DNA of 63,199 bases, the filler included, from Sphacelaria rigidula (taxonomy: Eukaryota), in assembly GCA_964200075.2 (NCBI GenBank). It is 6 parts of 6 records of this genome, joined end to end, with 100 filler letters (N's around TTAATTAATTAA, not from the genome) between each part and the next. Parts side by side here need not be neighbours in the genome. Positions count along the whole stretch, not along the records: positions 52,751 to 63,199 come from CAXNAA020006472.1; 5 more parts are not named here. One strand, given 5' to 3'. Below the pieces are notes generated by a model. The model searched no databases, was not told the origin of the DNA, and worked only from the letters and a program-made list of their open reading frames with translations. A program made the translations under genes and the position numbers. This document shows positions 62,251-63,199 of the stretch, in pieces; positions within the stretch are counted from its first letter, which is position 1, and each line of letters begins with the position of its first letter.

Positions 62251-62741
62251 CTGATGCCGCACGGCACCCTCTGCATTAGCGTGCTCCACACGCCTCTTGT
62301 ACTCTAATTATTTTGTATAAAAAGTGCGAGATGCACTCCCCGAGTACCTGTCCCCGTATTGGGGAGGTCGCGATTCTTCCCGCTTGACCACGGGTGTCAC
62401 TGTGGACGTACCTCGTGAGCCGGGAGCCATAGCTGTAGCTGTAACCGGCTACCGGCGAACCTCTGCAGGCTAGCGGCCCTTCGCGAATTGCACTTTCCTT
62501 GCTTCGTCGCCGCACCACACAGTCGTAGGAGCCTCCAAACTCCCGCTGCACGCAGCTTCAGCAAGTCTCCAGTCTGGATCAATCGCAGGCCAGCCGCTGT
62601 TCTGCAGCCGCCTCCACTGGAACCCCTCCACGCGTCCGTGGGTTATCAGGTTTCCACAGCTACCAAACTCCTTCCGCTGAATTCCTTTCAGCAGATTTCT
62701 AGCACTAACACCAGCACTAGCACTAGCACTAATATCGATAT

Positions 62742-62994
62742 TGTGACGGCAGCCAGTGGAAGCACTGTTGGATCACTGCTGTTGAGGGACTCCCCAGTCT
62801 CACTGGCCTCAGTTTCAGTTGTCAGCCTTTACAATATTCCATTAGTCAGGAGTGCCCTTCCAGGACACCAGCTAGACCTTCAGATACCATATCCGTGTCC
62901 CCGGTCATTATCCAGAACCCTCCAGAATCTCCGTGCCCTCAGTCATTATCCATATCATCACTACCAACTCAACGTACGGCGTATTTTCGTCACA
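62742..62994 (-). repeat. 5' LTR (253 bp)
   Basis: TGTGACG...CGTCACA inverted termini; direct repeat of 59183-59433. Confidence 0.92.
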
Positions 62995-63199
62995 TGTACT
63001 AGTGTGCTCTGCAGGTGAGACGTGCTGCGTGTAGCTATATTGGTGAAATAATTGGGTGTGGCTATGCTGTTGATATCTATGCAAAGGTGTAGGTTTGTTT
63101 CTGTTTTACTTTTTTCAGCTCTCCTCTGAATCATGCTACGGTGAGGGTTGCACATTCAACAGCCGAGTCATCCTACGATAGGGGGGGGGGGTATTTTGG

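Larger units (their letters stand above)
59183..62994 (-). mobile_element. Internally deleted Gypsy chromovirus with both LTRs and 4-bp TSD (TGTA)
   Basis: LTRs 59183-59433 and 62742-62994 (TG..CA, highly similar), TGTA on both flanks; gag with CHRCGQVGHHARDC, protease SDSGA..VLLGL, remnants of RT and IN, chromodomain LVDWVGFEVEGRTWEP. Confidence 0.92.

Noticed and set aside
1-63199. Endogenous giant-virus or prokaryotic genes
   Set aside because: No capsid, polymerase, recombinase or operon-like dense ORFs were recognised.

Overview
Eukaryotic, transposon-rich DNA, most likely from a brown alga (Phaeophyceae). That assignment is inferred from the retroelement protein styles and the long-intron gene structure. 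The window is not contiguous: six ~10.45 kb contigs in non-increasing size order are joined by artificial 100-bp linkers (N44-TTAATTAATTAA-N44). Contig 1 holds decayed non-LTR retrotransposons (CRE-like with a restriction-like endonuclease, a LINE RT tail, an RTE tail) and a MITE. Contigs 2 and 3 each carry a decayed minus-strand Ty3/Gypsy element of one lineage, each hit by a DNA-transposon insertion. Contig 4 has the first coding exon of a DYRK1/minibrain-type kinase plus small DNA-transposon relics. Contig 5 has the last three exons of a RING-H2 E3 ligase. Contig 6 has a near full-length decayed RTE LINE and a 3.8-kb internally deleted chromovirus with paired LTRs and a TSD. The most striking observation is a Gypsy integrase ending in a chromodomain followed in frame by a Tudor-like domain, a possible dual histone-reader targeting module.
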